DNA from: Spirochaetaceae bacterium
Lineage (GTDB): Bacteria > Spirochaetota > Spirochaetia > DSM-2461
Reading direction: 5' to 3'
Assembly: GCA_051531975.1 (NCBI GenBank)
Contig: JAOPTT010000001.1
Coordinates: forward strand, 160,001-224,000
Length of the DNA stretch: 64,000 nt
Position 1 is the stretch's first letter. Each line of letters begins with the position of its first letter. A model generated the notes under the pieces. The model had not been told where the DNA came from. It searched no databases and was given only the letters and a program-made list of their open reading frames with translations. Of the stretch, positions 61,129 to 64,000 are shown piece by piece. A program made the translations under genes and the position numbers.

Positions 61129-61681
61129 CTTTGTACATTAAACGTTCAACTGAGCTGCCGACAATTTAAAATAAATTGAAAGATAGCTAACTTAACTAGT
61201 AATATCAAATTTTAACTTAATCCTTTGCTAAGCACTTTTACTAGAAATACCTTATTCCTCTTTATGCTTAATCAACCCCAAAACAGTTGATGTAAACCAT
61301 ATTGTTATCAATGTTTAATATATAAACTATCCAGGCAGATATTCCACATACTAATAATAGTTTTTCTTTTTTTAATGTATACATATAATTCCTTTCGTGG
61401 ATTCTCTTCAATTATTACTAGATCTACCCTGTTTAAAGAAAGATTAGATGAATAATATTATTTTTTCAACTATAATATTTTTAATTGCTCCATATCACTC
61501 AAACCTAAAGTTCAATTTTTTATATAAAGTTATAATTAATTCATTAATATTTTTCACAACCATTTTGGATGGCATTGTGTTATGTTTAAAACTACTGATC
61601 TCATATTAACTTAGTTATAAATAGACAAAGGATAGAAACCTTTAGATCCCTATCCTCTGTTATATTATTTATAGATACTAT

Positions 61682-62956
61682 TTAATCAGCTTTTAATGAT
61701 TTAGCCCAAGTTTGATCTAATATCTCTATCATTTCATCCTGATTCACTTCAGCTATGTAATATGACTGTAAAAGCTTTGCAGTTTCGTCTGTAACCGCTC
61801 CAGGTAATGATAGGTCTAAGTATGCATGACCATCGGCAACATAAGTTAATGCCTCTTGTATCCAAGGGAATACCTCATAGTCATGGAAAGATGCAACTGG
61901 GTTAAACTTTAACTCTTTAAACAGTGATACTGAATCAGATTTATCTAATATATAGTTCATTAGATCATTTGCAACATCTTTATTTTCACATTCAGGTGCT
62001 ATTGCTAAAGACGTTGAAGTTGCTAGGTTGATCATTGCATCATCTGAATTATTACTTACAGGTAGAGGTGCAACACCTAGATTCATATCAGGGTTAACTT
62101 TTAATATTGACTCGGCCATCCATGGTCCTTGAACCCACATAGCTGCTTCACCATTTGCAAAATTAGTTGATCCTGCCATACTTCCAACTTCAAAAGGTTT
62201 ATCTGTTCCATTTTCCATTATCATATCGATAATTTCAAAAACCTGTCTTACATCTGAATATGAAGCTTTGCCGTTATTCATTTTTTCTACAAAATCTTTT
62301 GCATCAGAACTAACTACTCCACCTAGAGATAATGCCATCATTAGTTGAGGTATCCATGATTCCTGAAAAGCTAATACAAATGGTTTAATTTCAGCAGCAT
62401 TTAATTTATTTACTACGTTTTCCATTTCTTTTAATGTTGTTGGTGGCTTTAAACCAAGTTCATTAAATATATCTTTATTATAAAGATAACCCCATGACAA
62501 ACTCTCTAACGGAAGAGCTACAACTTTATTGTCGTAAGTTACAGTGTTTTTAACTCCGTCGTATAGATCATTTACAAAGTTTAAACCTGATAAGTCTTCC
62601 ATGTAACCTGCATTGTAGAATGTTGGAATGTCTGCAATAGCATGTAATGTATAAATATCTGGTGCATCATCTGATGCAAACCTTGTTCTTAAGATTTGTG
62701 CTGCCTGATCTGCATTAGGCATTTCTAATTTAATTGTTACATCTATATTTTTTTCAGCAAGCTCTTTAGCTTTAAACTGTTCAAAATATGTTTCAAATTG
62801 ATCCTGGAATCGAGGGAAGCTCATAAAAACTTTAAGTTCTACTTTACGAGGTTCATCTATTTTACCTTCTGCTTCATTATTACCCGATGCAAAACATCCC
62901 GCTGTAACTACAAGTGAAAAAATTAAAATCATAAATACTGTTAGTGTCTTTTTCAT
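61682..62956 (-). CDS. Sugar ABC transporter substrate-binding protein
   Basis: Signal peptide (CFASGNNE); APDI, YLYNKDIF and FANGEAAMWVQGPW motifs. Confidence 0.9.
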   Translation of the reverse strand: MKKTLTVFMILIFSLVVTAGCFASGNNEAEGKIDEPRKVELKVFMSFPRFQDQFETYFEQFKAKELAEKNIDVTIKLEMPNADQAAQILRTRFASDDAPDIYTLHAIADIPTFYNAGYMEDLSGLNFVNDLYDGVKNTVTYDNKVVALPLESLSWGYLYNKDIFNELGLKPPTTLKEMENVVNKLNAAEIKPFVLAFQESWIPQLMMALSLGGVVSSDAKDFVEKMNNGKASYSDVRQVFEIIDMIMENGTDKPFEVGSMAGSTNFANGEAAMWVQGPWMAESILKVNPDMNLGVAPLPVSNNSDDAMINLATSTSLAIAPECENKDVANDLMNYILDKSDSVSLFKELKFNPVASFHDYEVFPWIQEALTYVADGHAYLDLSLPGAVTDETAKLLQSYYIAEVNQDEMIEILDQTWAKSLKAD

Positions 62957-63055
62957 TAACAACTCCTTATCTTTCCATTAGTATTACAGTTCTAATTTCA
63001 TAAATATATTGTCTATTTTAACATCCATTATTGTATATTATTGATGTTACTAAGT

Positions 63056-64000
63056 TTATTTTCTCATTTGTCCTGGTGGGATACCAAAGAATTTCTTAAA
63101 TACTCTGTAGAAGTAAGCCAAGTCAGTATATCCACATAAAAATGCAACTTGCTTAATCTCCACACCATCAACTATTATCAGCTCTTTTGCTTTATTCATA
63201 CGCAGTTTAGTTATGTATTCATTTAAAGTGATATTAAACTCTTTCTTAAAAGACCTGCTCATATGCTCTTTACTAACTAGGAATAATTTAGAGATAGTTT
63301 CCAGAGATAAAACTTCCTGATAATAATGGTCGATATGTTTTTTAACATCAGAAAGAGAGAGGAAACCCTTTCTTAATTGGAACTCCTTTATAACCGTTAT
63401 TGTTTTATTAAAATTATCTAAAATTGTTAAAAATATATCAATGTTATGATTAGTATTTATATTTTTTGATAAAGTATCTAGGGATAGAGTATCAAGACCA
63501 AATCTTGTTGTAAACTCTTCTAACATAATAGTAAAATCATGTAAAACCCGGTGTTCAACATCATTTTTCAGATCTCCATCTATTGTATTACTTAAATATT
63601 CATAGAGCTTTTTAAGGGATCCCTCAACTAATAAAATATCTAGTTCTAATAAATAACCAAATACTCTTTTACGGTGTTTTATATATTCATCTAGAATAAC
63701 TGGGTCATTAAAAATAATAGAACCATCTGATTGTTGTTTTTGTTCATTAAGTCTGTTTATACATTTTATTAGTGTTTTGTTTAATTCTACTGGATCAACA
63801 GGTTTTAAAAGATAATCGATAGCTCCGGATCTAATAGCCTGTTGTAAATATGAGAAGTCATCATAACCACTTATAACTATAATCTGAAGTTCTGGAAATT
63901 TCACTTCAAGTAGTTTAAGAAAGTCAGAACCACTCATTCCTGGCATCTGCATATCCGTAATTAGGATCTGAGGGTTTAATTCAGTTATTTTGGTAATTCC
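63056..64000 (-). CDS. Response regulator with AraC output domain (YesN type); N-terminus lies beyond the window
   Basis: PQILITDMQMP, ISGYDDF and YLLKP receiver motifs; C-terminal AraC HTH (CGYTDLAYFYRVFKK). Confidence 0.9.
   Translation of the reverse strand, partial: GITKITELNPQILITDMQMPGMSGSDFLKLLEVKFPELQIIVISGYDDFSYLQQAIRSGAIDYLLKPVDPVELNKTLIKCINRLNEQKQQSDGSIIFNDPVILDEYIKHRKRVFGYLLELDILLVEGSLKKLYEYLSNTIDGDLKNDVEHRVLHDFTIMLEEFTTRFGLDTLSLDTLSKNINTNHNIDIFLTILDNFNKTITVIKEFQLRKGFLSLSDVKKHIDHYYQEVLSLETISKLFLVSKEHMSRSFKKEFNITLNEYITKLRMNKAKELIIVDGVEIKQVAFLCGYTDLAYFYRVFKKFFGIPPGQMRK

Noticed and set aside
61131..61163. Possible half attC-like repeat beside the IS end
   Set aside because: Single, degenerate and without a matching GTTRRRY arm.
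1..64000. CRISPR arrays, tRNA and rRNA genes
   Set aside because: No regularly spaced repeats or structured RNA gene signatures were seen by eye.

Overview
Very AT-rich bacterial chromosomal DNA, most likely from a free-living Spirochaetaceae-like organism (inferred from spirochaete-style signal peptides and lipoboxes; not searched). No rRNA, tRNA or CRISPR array was seen. In order, the window holds: a partial Gfo/Idh/MocA gene and an AraC regulator; two tandem exported caspase (C14)-PEGA proteins; a hybrid kinase plus an F7/F8-like chemosensory cluster (cheR, cheB, MCP, cheW, atypical MCP/CheZ-like protein, STAS, cheY, cheA, cheD); a LacI-controlled sugar ABC transporter with a sulfatase; GNAT, TPR lipoprotein and msrB/msrA; an ErcA-like alcohol dehydrogenase coupled to a kinase; a DAACS transporter; a thioredoxin-like/acr3/adenosine deaminase operon; a multi-PAS hybrid kinase; an MBL-fold protein with two cNMP domains; an Mpv17/PMP22 gene behind a structured 5' leader, followed by an aminotransferase; a MarR-GNAT-led histidine utilisation operon (hutH, hutU, fused ftcd, hutI); a decayed accessory patch at 56.3-61.5 kb (split CPBP gene, two MmcQ/YjbR remnants flanking an intact hicAB, ssb pseudogene, IS481 remnant); and a sugar-binding protein with a partial AraC-type response regulator. 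All family calls come from motifs recognised by eye, not from database searches.
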